From Promethearchaeia archaeon (lineage in GTDB: Archaea; Asgardarchaeota; Lokiarchaeia; Sigyniarchaeales; SOKP01): DNA of 64,000 nucleotides. The number at the start of each line of letters is the position of its first letter. Position 1 is the stretch's first letter. Below, one piece after another: positions 9,518 to 19,994 of the stretch. The notes beneath the pieces are model-generated. The model worked only from the letters and a program-made list of their open reading frames with translations, did not search any database and was not told where the DNA came from. The position numbers and the translations under genes were made by a program. The DNA lies in NCBI GenBank assembly GCA_029856155.1, contig JAHQWL010000002.1, positions 1 to 64,000 on the forward strand, read 5' to 3'.

Positions 9518-12500
9518 GTGGAGTTTTCTAAAAATAAATTTGTTCAAGTAATTGGGAGCATTAAGGAATGCTATTTTGCTGTTGATTTAAAAGGAAATTT
9601 ATTGTATTTTAACGAATCATTATGCAAAATTACTGGATATTCGAGGGAAGAATTATTAGGATTAAATTATAAATTTATTACGGATGAAAAAAATAGAAAA
9701 AAAGTGTTTGATGGTTTTAATACTGTGTACAAAACGGGTGAACCTTTAACTGATTTTCAGTATCAATTTATGAATAAAACAGGAGAAAGTATTATTGGTG
9801 AAACTTCTGTATATTTAAAATATGATTCTAAAGGAAATAAAGTCGGATTTTATGGGATATTTCGCGACATCACTAAAAGAAAAGAAGAGGAAGAAAAATT
9901 TAGACACGAATTAGGAAAACTAGTAGATCTAAGGACTCAGGAATTAAGAGAGTCTGAAGAGAAGTATCGTTTTATATCTGAAAATGCTATGGATTTAATT
10001 GCGATCATTAATATGAATATGAATTTTGAATATGTCAACGAAAAAGTGCATCATAAAATAATGGGATATAAAAAGGAAGAACTTTTAGGAAAAAATGCTA
10101 TCAATTTTATTCATCCAGATGATCGTGAAAAAGTACTTCAAACATTTAAAGAGGCTACAGAAAAGGGTGAATCTTTTGCCGAGGTGAGAATTAGACATAA
10201 AGATGGGAGTTATAAATGGACAGGAAATAATGGATCAATTTATAAAGATAAAGATGGAAAACCAAAATTTTTAATTATAGCAAGAGATATAACAAAACGT
10301 AAAAAAGCGGAAAAAAAATTAATGGAATCTAAAGAAAAGTATAGTGTCCTCTTCCATTATTTGAATGATGCAATTTTTCTTCATGATTTAGAGGGAAATA
10401 TCATTGATGTTAATCATAGAGCTTTAGAACAATTTGGGTATACAAGATCAGAGATATTAAAATTAAAAATTCCTGAACTTCATCCAATAGGTGAACTCGA
10501 AAAGTCAAAAAAAGCTTTTGAAGAAATTTCAAAAAAAGGAGTTATAAGATTTGAAATTAGTTTTAAAAAGAAAAATGGGAAAATATTTCTGGCTGAAGTA
10601 TCATCAAGTTTAATTGACGTGGGTGGGAAACAATTGATTCAAGGTATTGTTCGTGATATTACTGTTCGTGTTTTGACAGATAAAATGTTAAAAGAATCAG
10701 AACAAAAATATCATCAATTATTTAATAAAGCTCCTTACCCTATTGGATTATTCGATCTAGAAGGTAATCTATTAGATTGCAATAGTGCTACGAGTAATTT
10801 ACTTTCAACCCATACATTAGAAGATTATATTGGTAAAAATTATAAAGAATTTTGGTCTTATCATGAGAAAGATAAACCTCTAATTACTTTATTTAACCAA
10901 AAATTTACTGAAATTATTAGCACTGGAAACACTTTAAATTTTGAATTTCCAATTCATCGAACAATAGGTAAGATAATATGGTGTTATGCTACAGCTTCAA
11001 AGATTAGAATTGGCAAAAATGAGTTTATACAACTTATATTAATGGATATATCAGCACAAGAAGAAGCGCAGCAGAGATTAAAAAAATCTGAAGAAAAGTA
11101 TAGGAATTTTGTGGAGAATGCTCAAGAAGGTGTGTGGGCTGTGGATGATAATGATCTTACAATTTTCGTTAATCCAAAAATATGTGAAATGCTTGGTTAT
11201 ACTAGAGACGAGATAATGAGAAAAAGTTTATATTTATTTTTAGAAGATTCAGGGATAGAATTGATTAAAAGTTATCGAGAACGTAGGGAAAAGGGTCTTA
11301 CAGATACTTATGAAGTTGACTTTGTAAAAAAAGATGGTACTTTGGTAAGCACAAGTATAAATGCTGCTCCAATTTTGAATCAAAATGGAGAATTTAAGGG
11401 TTCATTTGCATTTATTAATGATATTACTAATAGAAAAATAGCAGAGAGAAAATTAAAAGAATCTGAAGAAAGATATCGGAATTTAATTGAATCTGTACCA
11501 TTTTCAATTGTCTTAATAGACCAAAATGGAAAACTTATTTATTGTAATCCCGCACTTGAGAAGTTAATTGATTATAGTAGAGACGATTTAATTGGCATTG
11601 AATTTAAAAATTTGCCTGCGATTAATCCAGAATATGTGCCAATATTGCTTAAACGATTCCAAAAAGTGTTAAAAGGTGAAATTTTATCGCCATTAGAGAT
11701 GGAGTTATATAAGAAAGATGGAAGTTCGATATGGATTGAATATCAATCTACTTTAGTAAAATTAGGCGATAATATCTTACTGCAAACAATTATAAATGAT
11801 ATTAGTGAGCAGAGAAAGGCAGATCTTCTTATAGAAGAAGAAATGGTAAAATTAAAAGATTTAGATCAGATCAGAAAGGATCTAATATCAAGAGTTTCGC
11901 ATGAACTTAAAACCCCCCTAGTCTCTGTTTGTGGTGGTGCTGAACTTCTTTTAGATTTATATGGAGAAGAATTTAAGGGTGATTCAAAAGAGCTTCTTGA
12001 AATGATCGAAAAAGGAGGGAAAAGATTAAAACACTTAGTTGAGAATTTGGTTGATATTACAAGAATAGAATACAAAAAATTCGAATTAAATAAAGATATA
12101 AGTGACTTCAGCCAAGTGATAAGAGATTGCACGAAAGAGTTGATGTACCTCATAAAAAAGAGAAAATTAAATTTAGAACTTGATCTTATGGATAATCTAT
12201 TTTTAGAATTTGATAAAATAAGAATTGAACAAGTAATAATAAATCTTTTGTCAAATGCAATAAAAAATACACCCCCTAACGGAAAAATTACTGTCAAGAC
12301 CCTAAGAAGAGATGATTCTGTAGAATTATTAATAAGTGATTCTGGAATTGGTCTAACTATAGAAGAAATGGAGAAATTATTTACTAGATTTGGTAAGATA
12401 GAGAGGTATGGAAATGGTCAAGAATATATTGATATTCAGGGAACTGGACTTGGACTATACATTTCAAAGGAAATAATAGATCTTCACGAAGGCCAGATTT

Positions 12501-12565
12501 GGGCAAAATCTGCTGGGAGGGATAAAGGTAGTACATTTACAATAAAATTGCCAATAAAAATATAA
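9518..12565 (+). CDS. Cytoplasmic multi-PAS sensor histidine kinase
   Basis: About 6 PAS/PAC repeats ending in DIT-type motifs, H-box SHELKTP, N-box NLLSNAIK, G-boxes DSGIG and GTGLGL. No TM segment or receiver domain. Confidence 0.95.
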   Translation: MEFSKNKFVQVIGSIKECYFAVDLKGNLLYFNESLCKITGYSREELLGLNYKFITDEKNRKKVFDGFNTVYKTGEPLTDFQYQFMNKTGESIIGETSVYLKYDSKGNKVGFYGIFRDITKRKEEEEKFRHELGKLVDLRTQELRESEEKYRFISENAMDLIAIINMNMNFEYVNEKVHHKIMGYKKEELLGKNAINFIHPDDREKVLQTFKEATEKGESFAEVRIRHKDGSYKWTGNNGSIYKDKDGKPKFLIIARDITKRKKAEKKLMESKEKYSVLFHYLNDAIFLHDLEGNIIDVNHRALEQFGYTRSEILKLKIPELHPIGELEKSKKAFEEISKKGVIRFEISFKKKNGKIFLAEVSSSLIDVGGKQLIQGIVRDITVRVLTDKMLKESEQKYHQLFNKAPYPIGLFDLEGNLLDCNSATSNLLSTHTLEDYIGKNYKEFWSYHEKDKPLITLFNQKFTEIISTGNTLNFEFPIHRTIGKIIWCYATASKIRIGKNEFIQLILMDISAQEEAQQRLKKSEEKYRNFVENAQEGVWAVDDNDLTIFVNPKICEMLGYTRDEIMRKSLYLFLEDSGIELIKSYRERREKGLTDTYEVDFVKKDGTLVSTSINAAPILNQNGEFKGSFAFINDITNRKIAERKLKESEERYRNLIESVPFSIVLIDQNGKLIYCNPALEKLIDYSRDDLIGIEFKNLPAINPEYVPILLKRFQKVLKGEILSPLEMELYKKDGSSIWIEYQSTLVKLGDNILLQTIINDISEQRKADLLIEEEMVKLKDLDQIRKDLISRVSHELKTPLVSVCGGAELLLDLYGEEFKGDSKELLEMIEKGGKRLKHLVENLVDITRIEYKKFELNKDISDFSQVIRDCTKELMYLIKKRKLNLELDLMDNLFLEFDKIRIEQVIINLLSNAIKNTPPNGKITVKTLRRDDSVELLISDSGIGLTIEEMEKLFTRFGKIERYGNGQEYIDIQGTGLGLYISKEIIDLHEGQIWAKSAGRDKGSTFTIKLPIKI

Positions 12566-12594
12566 AAAAAATATAAATAAAAGTAGAGTCTTAA

Positions 12595-15222
12595 ATGACG
12601 TATAATAGGGATGAGATACAAGGAACCTATAAGGATTTGTTTCAACATTCTTTAGATCTAATTTATGTGAATGATTTAAATGGGAATTTTTTGGATGCTA
12701 ATGATCTTACATTATTAACTCTAGGTTATGAACGAGAAGATATACCAAATGTTAAATTTTTAGAGATTCTTGAAGAAAATGATATAAAAAAAGCAAATAG
12801 AGTTTTGAAAGAATTAATAAAAACAGGAAGACAATCAAAACGCGAGGAATATAAAGTAAAAGTAAAAAATGGTAATTTTGTATATATTGAAACTTATAGT
12901 ATTCCATTAAAAAGAAATGGTATAATTTATGCGATTTTGGGAATTGGTAAAAATATTACTGAACGGAAGAAAGCAGAATTAAAACTAAGAGATTCAGAAG
13001 AATTATTTAGAGCAGTCTATAATGAGGGCCCAATTGCTACTTACATATGGAAAAAAATAGAGAATGATTTTGTGTTCATTGATTTTAATAAAACTGCTGA
13101 AATATTTACTAATGGTAATGTTGTGAGTGTCCTTGGTTATAAAGCTTCTGAGCGGTATAAAGACAGACCGGATATTCTAAATGACTTAAACAAATGCTTT
13201 GATCATAAAACGAGGATCATGAGAGAGATGAATTATCGATTTGAATTTACCAACATGGAAAAATATCTTTTAGTAAACTATGGCTATGTTAAACCAGATT
13301 TAGTTATTGTTCAAACCGAAGATGTTACTGATAGAAAAGTATTTGAAGAAAAATTAAAAGAATCTGAGTTAAAATATCGTAATCTAATTGATAATCTAGA
13401 TATAGGATTTTATCAAGTTACTATAGATGGTCAAATGCTTAATCATAATCAAGCACATAATATAATTATGGGATATGATCCATTAGAAGATTTGAGAGGG
13501 AAAAACGTTAGAGAATTTTGGGAAGATCCAACACAACGGGATGTTTATTTAAAACATATCCTTAAAAATGATATTGCGAAAAATTATGTATGTCATGCCA
13601 TAACTAAAGATGGAAGAAAAATTGTAGTTGAATTAAACTCTCATTTAATTCGAGATAAAAAGGGAAATCCAATTAGAATTGATGGTACTTTTATTGATGT
13701 TACTGAAAAATTCATTTTAGAACGTGAGTTAAAAGAGTCTGAAGAAAAATTCAGAAATATTGCTGAACAATCACTGTGTGGCATTGCAATTTTACAAGAT
13801 GGAAAGTTTAAATATGTTAATAATAGATTTGCTGCTATTGGAGGGAGATCTGTTGAAGAACTAAGAGATTGGGGTCCGGGAGAATTTATTAACACAGTAC
13901 ATCCAGAAGATAGACAACTGATTGCTGATCAGGCAAGAAAAAAACAACTTGGAGAGAAAGAAGTTTTAAACCGATATCAGTTTAGAGCCTATAAAAAATC
14001 AGGAGATTTAATTTATGGAGAAATTTTTTCCAAAACTATTAAATATCAAGGAAGAACCGCGGATTTTATTACTTTACTTGATATTTCTGATCAAATAGAG
14101 GCAGAAAGGAAATTTTTAGAATCTGAAAAGAAATATCGTTATCTATATGAAAACACACCTTTTTCTATTATTCTTATAAACTCTAAAGGGAAAATTGTGG
14201 AATGTAATCCACGAACAGAAACCTTATTTGGGTATACAATGGCAGATTTAGAGGGTAAAAAATTTCACAAGATTTCAGTAATCCACCCAGATTATTTACC
14301 GACTATTATGACACTTTTTAATAAATTCATAAAAGGAGAAAGAGTACATCGAATTGATCTGCAAATTTATAAAAAAGATAGAAGTTTAATCTGGGTAAAT
14401 TTACAAGCATCTTTAATTCGCGTAAAAAATGAATATTTTGTTCAAGCATTATTCACTGATATCACAAAACGAAAGCAAGCAGAATTCCTAATTAATGAAG
14501 AAATTACTAAATTAAAGGAGCTTGACCAGATTAGAAAGAATTTAATATCTAGAGTTGCTCATGAATTAAAAACCCCCCTTGCGACTGTTTGTGGGGGGGC
14601 AGAACTCTTCTCAGCCCTATATCAAGATAAACTAAAAAATGAGCAGTCAGAAATACTCAGATTAATCGAGAAAGGAGGAGAGAGATTAAAATATCTAGTA
14701 GATAATTTAATTGATATTTCGAGGATAGAATATAATAAATTCAAATTACAAAAACAAAAGTCAAATTTATCTGAACTACTTAAAGAATCTTCTAAGGAAA
14801 TGGAATATTTTGGAAAAGAGAAGAAAATTGCCCTTAAATTAAATATTCTAGATAATTTTATCCTAAATATCGATAAAATTAGAATTGAGCAAGTAATAAT
14901 GAATTTATTATCAAATGCTATAAAAAATACCCCTCCTAAGGGAAAGATCAAGGTTAATTTGGAAAAAAGAGATAATTGGGCAATTATAAATATAATAGAT
15001 ACAGGTGTTGGATTAACCAGAGACGAAATGGAGATCCTTTTTACTAGATTTGGTAAAATTGAAAGGTATGGAAATGAATTAGAATATCTTGATATTCGAG
15101 GTTCTGGACTTGGATTATTCATATCAAAAGAAATAGTAGATTTACATGGAGGGAATATTAGAGCAGAATCAGAAGGCAGAAATAGGGGTAGTACCTTTAC
15201 TGTAAAATTACCAATTACTTAA
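12595..15222 (+). CDS. Cytoplasmic multi-PAS sensor histidine kinase (paralog of upstream gene)
   Basis: About 5 PAS/PAC repeats, AHELKTP, NLLSNAIK, DTGVG and GSGLGL. Confidence 0.95.
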   Translation: MTYNRDEIQGTYKDLFQHSLDLIYVNDLNGNFLDANDLTLLTLGYEREDIPNVKFLEILEENDIKKANRVLKELIKTGRQSKREEYKVKVKNGNFVYIETYSIPLKRNGIIYAILGIGKNITERKKAELKLRDSEELFRAVYNEGPIATYIWKKIENDFVFIDFNKTAEIFTNGNVVSVLGYKASERYKDRPDILNDLNKCFDHKTRIMREMNYRFEFTNMEKYLLVNYGYVKPDLVIVQTEDVTDRKVFEEKLKESELKYRNLIDNLDIGFYQVTIDGQMLNHNQAHNIIMGYDPLEDLRGKNVREFWEDPTQRDVYLKHILKNDIAKNYVCHAITKDGRKIVVELNSHLIRDKKGNPIRIDGTFIDVTEKFILERELKESEEKFRNIAEQSLCGIAILQDGKFKYVNNRFAAIGGRSVEELRDWGPGEFINTVHPEDRQLIADQARKKQLGEKEVLNRYQFRAYKKSGDLIYGEIFSKTIKYQGRTADFITLLDISDQIEAERKFLESEKKYRYLYENTPFSIILINSKGKIVECNPRTETLFGYTMADLEGKKFHKISVIHPDYLPTIMTLFNKFIKGERVHRIDLQIYKKDRSLIWVNLQASLIRVKNEYFVQALFTDITKRKQAEFLINEEITKLKELDQIRKNLISRVAHELKTPLATVCGGAELFSALYQDKLKNEQSEILRLIEKGGERLKYLVDNLIDISRIEYNKFKLQKQKSNLSELLKESSKEMEYFGKEKKIALKLNILDNFILNIDKIRIEQVIMNLLSNAIKNTPPKGKIKVNLEKRDNWAIINIIDTGVGLTRDEMEILFTRFGKIERYGNELEYLDIRGSGLGLFISKEIVDLHGGNIRAESEGRNRGSTFTVKLPIT

Positions 15223-15242
15223 TAATATACTAATTAAATAAA

Positions 15243-15830
15243 TCACAAAATTTTAGCTAAATTATAGCCTTGTTCAATTAATTCAAAGTTAAGGTTTCCC
15301 AATTTTTCTCCCATACGTTTAACAACAACAGTTTTTAGATTGCCTAATTTTAGATCAGGTATCGCTTTTGAAAGTAAACCAAGGATAGGAGTATTTATTA
15401 CCGGATTTCCATCAATCGTGAGATTTTTTTCTATCGCTAGTTTACTAATATCCGCGGCAACTATTTTAATATCACCTCTTAAGCCAAACTCCTTCACAAA
15501 AAATTCAGGATCCTTTTCAGAATTAATAATAAAAAATCCATCCTCCCTAAGAGAGGCCGCAATTTCATGATTTAACACTGTCTCGTCAAATATTATTAAC
15601 ACATTTGGGTTCTCTATTTGAGCTCTATCCCATATAGTACCCGTTTTAGAGAGTTTAGCATAGGCTTGAACGGGAGCGCCTCTTCTTTCAGCTCCAAATG
15701 AAGGATATGCATGTACATCAATATAATTACCACTTAAATAAGCAGCTTCTGCAATTATTTCGCACGCGGTCACAGCACCCTGTCCTCCTCGCCCATGGAT
15801 AATGATTTCAATATTTTCTGTTTCACTCAA
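15243..15830 (-). CDS. porG: 2-oxoacid:ferredoxin oxidoreductase gamma subunit
   Basis: HGRGGQGAVT and FGAERRGAPV motifs. TTG start. Confidence 0.93.
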   Translation of the reverse strand: MSETENIEIIIHGRGGQGAVTACEIIAEAAYLSGNYIDVHAYPSFGAERRGAPVQAYAKLSKTGTIWDRAQIENPNVLIIFDETVLNHEIAASLREDGFFIINSEKDPEFFVKEFGLRGDIKIVAADISKLAIEKNLTIDGNPVINTPILGLLSKAIPDLKLGNLKTVVVKRMGEKLGNLNFELIEQGYNLAKIL

Positions 15831-16040
15831 AATATAAAACCCAAGAAATTTGAATAGATATTATTTATTATGAAGTTTACCCAATAGTATAAAAATTTTT
15901 TTAAATTTGTATTATGAGCATTACTTTTAAATGGAAATTTAATTATCAATTCATTAAAGCAATAATATTAAGAAGATATGGATATTATAAATTATCATTA
16001 ACCCAAAAAATACTCATTTTAACGTCTAAGTGATATAAAT

Positions 16041-16886
16041 ATGAAAAATGAAACAGGATATTTTGAAGGAAGGGAATTGAAGAAATTATTCTATCAATAT
16101 TGGTTACCCGATTCTGAAGATATTAAAGCTTATATCATAGCAATCCATGGATGGGGAACTCATTCTGATAGATTAAAAATTCTGGCAGAATATTTCACAG
16201 ATAAGGGATATGCTATTTATGCATTTGATTTACGAGGGCATTGGAGAAATGCAGGAGATAATCCCGGAGATATGGATAGTATGGATCACATCCAAAAGGA
16301 TACACTTCTTTTTATGGATATGATCGGTGAAATTAGTACAGATAAAAAAATATTTTTAATGGGACATTCTTTTGGGGGTTTAGTTAGTTTAATATTTGCA
16401 ATCAATCATCCTGCATTAGCAGGAGTATTAATTTCCTCACCATTATTAGGAATGTTTTTAAAATTATCAATGGGTAAAAAAGTAATAAAATCACTATCTA
16501 AAACTCTCGTTAAATTGGCTCCTAATAAAATACTAGATAATATTATTGATCAGAATCAATTGACAAGCGATTTAAAGATTTTACGACAACATATCGCAGA
16601 TAAGCACAAAATTGAAGTAATTACAGCCAAATCGGCTATAGAAATTGATAAATCTTCAAAATGGGCAATGGATAATGCATCAAATTTATTATGTCCCGTA
16701 TTAATAATGCAAGCCGGTGAAGATAAAATTATAGATAAACAAAAAACAAAAGAGTACTTCGTACAAGTCAGAAGTAAAGATAAAACTTATCGAGAATATG
16801 ATGGGTTTCTACATGAATTATGGAATGAAAAGGGTAGAGCTCAAGTTTATCAAGATATGTTTGTATGGCTTGAAAAACATTTATAA
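16041..16886 (+). CDS. Alpha/beta hydrolase (lysophospholipase/monoacylglycerol lipase family)
   Basis: HG oxyanion motif, DLRGH, GHSFGG nucleophile elbow, and Asp (EDKII) and His (HE) triad residues. Confidence 0.9.
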   Translation: MKNETGYFEGRELKKLFYQYWLPDSEDIKAYIIAIHGWGTHSDRLKILAEYFTDKGYAIYAFDLRGHWRNAGDNPGDMDSMDHIQKDTLLFMDMIGEISTDKKIFLMGHSFGGLVSLIFAINHPALAGVLISSPLLGMFLKLSMGKKVIKSLSKTLVKLAPNKILDNIIDQNQLTSDLKILRQHIADKHKIEVITAKSAIEIDKSSKWAMDNASNLLCPVLIMQAGEDKIIDKQKTKEYFVQVRSKDKTYREYDGFLHELWNEKGRAQVYQDMFVWLEKHL

Positions 16887-16950
16887 TACATTAACAAAAA
16901 ATGTTATTTAGAACTATTTATTATTAATTGCTAACTTAAATTAATTTTAC

Positions 16951-19728
16951 ATGATAGTTATGTCAAAATCTAACAGAAAAATCTCAAAAATATTAGTAAT
17001 AAGTTTGGTAGTATTAGTGGCTAGCAATATTCTCGTATTCTTTTTAATAAAACCTTCTTTCGGACAAGCTAGTAATGTAAAAAACATATTACTAGTTAGT
17101 AAAGGAAACGATGATTTGTTTGTGCAAAGCTTGGGAATTGATCAAGATAATTTTAATATATCCCAAGTTTCTGACAGTGAACCTTTATTATCTATTGGTG
17201 CTTGGATTGATATTGTTATTTTATTTGATTCGCAGTTAAATAGTGTAGAACAACAAATTGTTTCAAATTTTACTGATGTTGGAGGAGGAGTTATTATTTT
17301 TATGGGCCAAAATTTACACAACAACGCTAGTTTGTTAGAAGAATTAGAATTGATTGATAACACAATATTTGAATCAGACAAGTCATTAAACCCAGAGATA
17401 ATGCTTTCTATTGTTAATAACGCCAGTCATCTAATTTCCAAGAATATAGACTGGAACTCTGCTCCCGAGATGAAGACTGAAAATATGACAATTTTTCCAA
17501 TAGCAAGTTTAAATCCCTCAATTGAAAGAATAGTGGATGTTTATCCTGCATCGAAAAATTTGCAGATTAACTTATATCGACAACCTTTGATATTAGAAAG
17601 GGTAAAAGGAAGTGGAAAAATCATCTTATTTACGGGATGGTTGGAAAAAGGTGCAAATCTAGATTTTAAAGTATGGCCTTATTTCAATTATCTCTTATAT
17701 GGATTATTATTTGGGTGTCTAAATTTATCTTTTCACTCATATCCCACTTGGCCTTATTCGCCAGTTCCTCATTTTTTAGATCAAATTATTATTGGGATAA
17801 TTATACTTATACTCGTTATTTTAGCTATTGCTCTATTTATTGTTGTTAAAAGAAAATCTAGAGGTGCTATGGACCAACAAGCAATTGAAGTTTTAAAAAT
17901 TAGAGCTGAAGAGGAAGAAAGAAAAAAATTAGAGGAAGCGAAGGCTTTAGAGAAAAAAATAGAAGATCAAGTAGATTTAAAAGATGAGTGGGAGGTTATT
18001 GGAGTTCATAGGCAACTAGGAGGCTTTCTGTTTACACTTTTCCTTGGATTGATTTTAGTTCTACCACAATTATTGGTCTCTAATTTTATAATGCCTCAGT
18101 TCATACAACCTTATCCACAGGCTGCGGGGTGGTATAATTACGCTTATAATTTCTTTCAAATCATATGGATTTTATTTGATTTCGGAACTAGCTTTGCATT
18201 AGCTAAATATTTCTCCCAATATAGAGTTAAAAATCCGGGAAAGGCTATTCATTATATTCAAATTTATGTTTGGTGGCAAATTTTTACGGGAATTATTCAA
18301 ATATCGATAATAGGATTTATTGGTTCATTTATTTTCCCCTATACTAATCTCGCTCACATGAGCTGGATTTTTATTGTCTACTCTTTTATTCAATATCCAG
18401 GAGTGTTTTTAGTATTTATGTATGCTTTTCAAGGAATGCAACGCTCAGATTATTATTTAATTCTGTATATTGCATGGGAAATCGTATTTTTACTGATAGG
18501 GCAAGTTGTTTTCTGTTATATTGGTCGTATATGGGGGGCTGCTAATCCGATTTTCGGGGAAGCCTTAGGAGCAGGAATTGGATACGCTATTGCTCGATGT
18601 TTTGATTTTTGGATGACATTTTTTATTTCCATTTTTGCCTTTAAGAAACAAGGATTTTCACCAAAAACATGTTTTAGAATTGATTTTTCAAAAGATGAGA
18701 TAAAAGAATCATTACGTTATGGTTCAAAGTTAGGTATTGGAGAAGGTTTTGTACAATTAGGCTGGTTTCTACAAGTTATAATAACATCGATTTTTGTAGC
18801 CAACTATTCCAATAACTTGGGTTGGTTCAATTTAGTATGGACTTTGGGGATGGTTATTCAAATTGTATCTCTCTATTCAAATACGCTATTAGGGGCATAT
18901 AGTGAATCAAGTTCTCATAATAAAAAAACATTAACAAAACTATATATATATCAAGCATTTAGATGGGGTAATTATTTTGCTTTCTTCTTAATATCCGTTC
19001 TTTTTGCTACAGGAGCTAAATTTTTGATAGGAGCTGCTGGTGAAGAATATGGTGCTCCCGCGGTCAAATTCTTAATACCATTATTATTTTTTCATATTGG
19101 GGGTATTTATTCTTGGTTGGTTGATCCTGTATTCCAAGGTACGGGGCATACTGGTTATGCGATGTTAACATGGATTATTGAACAAGTAATTCGGGCATTA
19201 CTTATGTATGTATTTATAATAATTTTCAGAGATATGGTTTATGTAATTTTAGCTTATATTCCCGCTGTATTTATGAAGGATATCATTGCATGGTTGATCG
19301 TTCGGAAAAAAATTATTAAATTTAAAATATATCCATTTAAAACATTCATTACCCCTGCTATTTCAGCAATTTTAAATTATATTGTCTTATTTTTAGTAAG
19401 TGAACTAATCTGGTCAATACCTTTGGGAGATAAAATTATTAATACTGCGATAATCTTTTTAATAGGGATTTTTATATTTATATTCTTCTATGCTTTCTTA
19501 GATGGCTTTTTAGGCGGTTATGACGATAATACTTTGCAAGAATTTCAAAGAGCAACATCAATGGTAACTACTCGAGGAATTAGGATCTTTCCAAAAACAA
19601 TGTGTAAAGCTGCAGAACTAGGGAGCAAGATAAGTCCATTCCATAATAAGTTCAAAATAGATATATATGAAGAAGCCATGAAAGAGGCATATGATTTAAC
19701 ATTAGAAAAGCGGATTCTAAAGATTTAA
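16951..19728 (+). CDS. Large membrane protein: N-terminal extracytoplasmic domain fused to an MOP/Wzx-like flippase domain
   Basis: Signal/TM segment, ~230-aa soluble domain, TM, charged coiled coil, then about 12-14 hydrophobic helices with DFGTS..LAKY in a flippase-like position. Confidence 0.6.
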   Translation: MIVMSKSNRKISKILVISLVVLVASNILVFFLIKPSFGQASNVKNILLVSKGNDDLFVQSLGIDQDNFNISQVSDSEPLLSIGAWIDIVILFDSQLNSVEQQIVSNFTDVGGGVIIFMGQNLHNNASLLEELELIDNTIFESDKSLNPEIMLSIVNNASHLISKNIDWNSAPEMKTENMTIFPIASLNPSIERIVDVYPASKNLQINLYRQPLILERVKGSGKIILFTGWLEKGANLDFKVWPYFNYLLYGLLFGCLNLSFHSYPTWPYSPVPHFLDQIIIGIIILILVILAIALFIVVKRKSRGAMDQQAIEVLKIRAEEEERKKLEEAKALEKKIEDQVDLKDEWEVIGVHRQLGGFLFTLFLGLILVLPQLLVSNFIMPQFIQPYPQAAGWYNYAYNFFQIIWILFDFGTSFALAKYFSQYRVKNPGKAIHYIQIYVWWQIFTGIIQISIIGFIGSFIFPYTNLAHMSWIFIVYSFIQYPGVFLVFMYAFQGMQRSDYYLILYIAWEIVFLLIGQVVFCYIGRIWGAANPIFGEALGAGIGYAIARCFDFWMTFFISIFAFKKQGFSPKTCFRIDFSKDEIKESLRYGSKLGIGEGFVQLGWFLQVIITSIFVANYSNNLGWFNLVWTLGMVIQIVSLYSNTLLGAYSESSSHNKKTLTKLYIYQAFRWGNYFAFFLISVLFATGAKFLIGAAGEEYGAPAVKFLIPLLFFHIGGIYSWLVDPVFQGTGHTGYAMLTWIIEQVIRALLMYVFIIIFRDMVYVILAYIPAVFMKDIIAWLIVRKKIIKFKIYPFKTFITPAISAILNYIVLFLVSELIWSIPLGDKIINTAIIFLIGIFIFIFFYAFLDGFLGGYDDNTLQEFQRATSMVTTRGIRIFPKTMCKAAELGSKISPFHNKFKIDIYEEAMKEAYDLTLEKRILKI

Positions 19729-19994
19729 ATTCCTTTTTTTTTATTTTAACCAATCTATCCGTTTAAAGAAATGAATAAATATACTCTCGTAAAATTCATT
19801 GAGACAGCGATATTAAAAAATTGGCTCTACTTATTAGTTTCTTAGTATTTTGGAAGTCTCTTAAAAATAATAAAAAACCCAACTAACTTCTATATAATTG
19901 TTATTAAAAAATTAACAAATGCAATTAATATTAAATTACTGTTATAATAGATTATACTGACTATTAATTTTATTTAACTTTCTGTGAGTGGATT

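Noticed and set aside
11866-15122. Similar antisense ORFs (143 aa and 166 aa) inside both kinases, and other antisense ORFs in the track
   Set aside because: They are shadows of well-supported genes on the opposite strand. Their similarity comes from the paralogous kinase domains.
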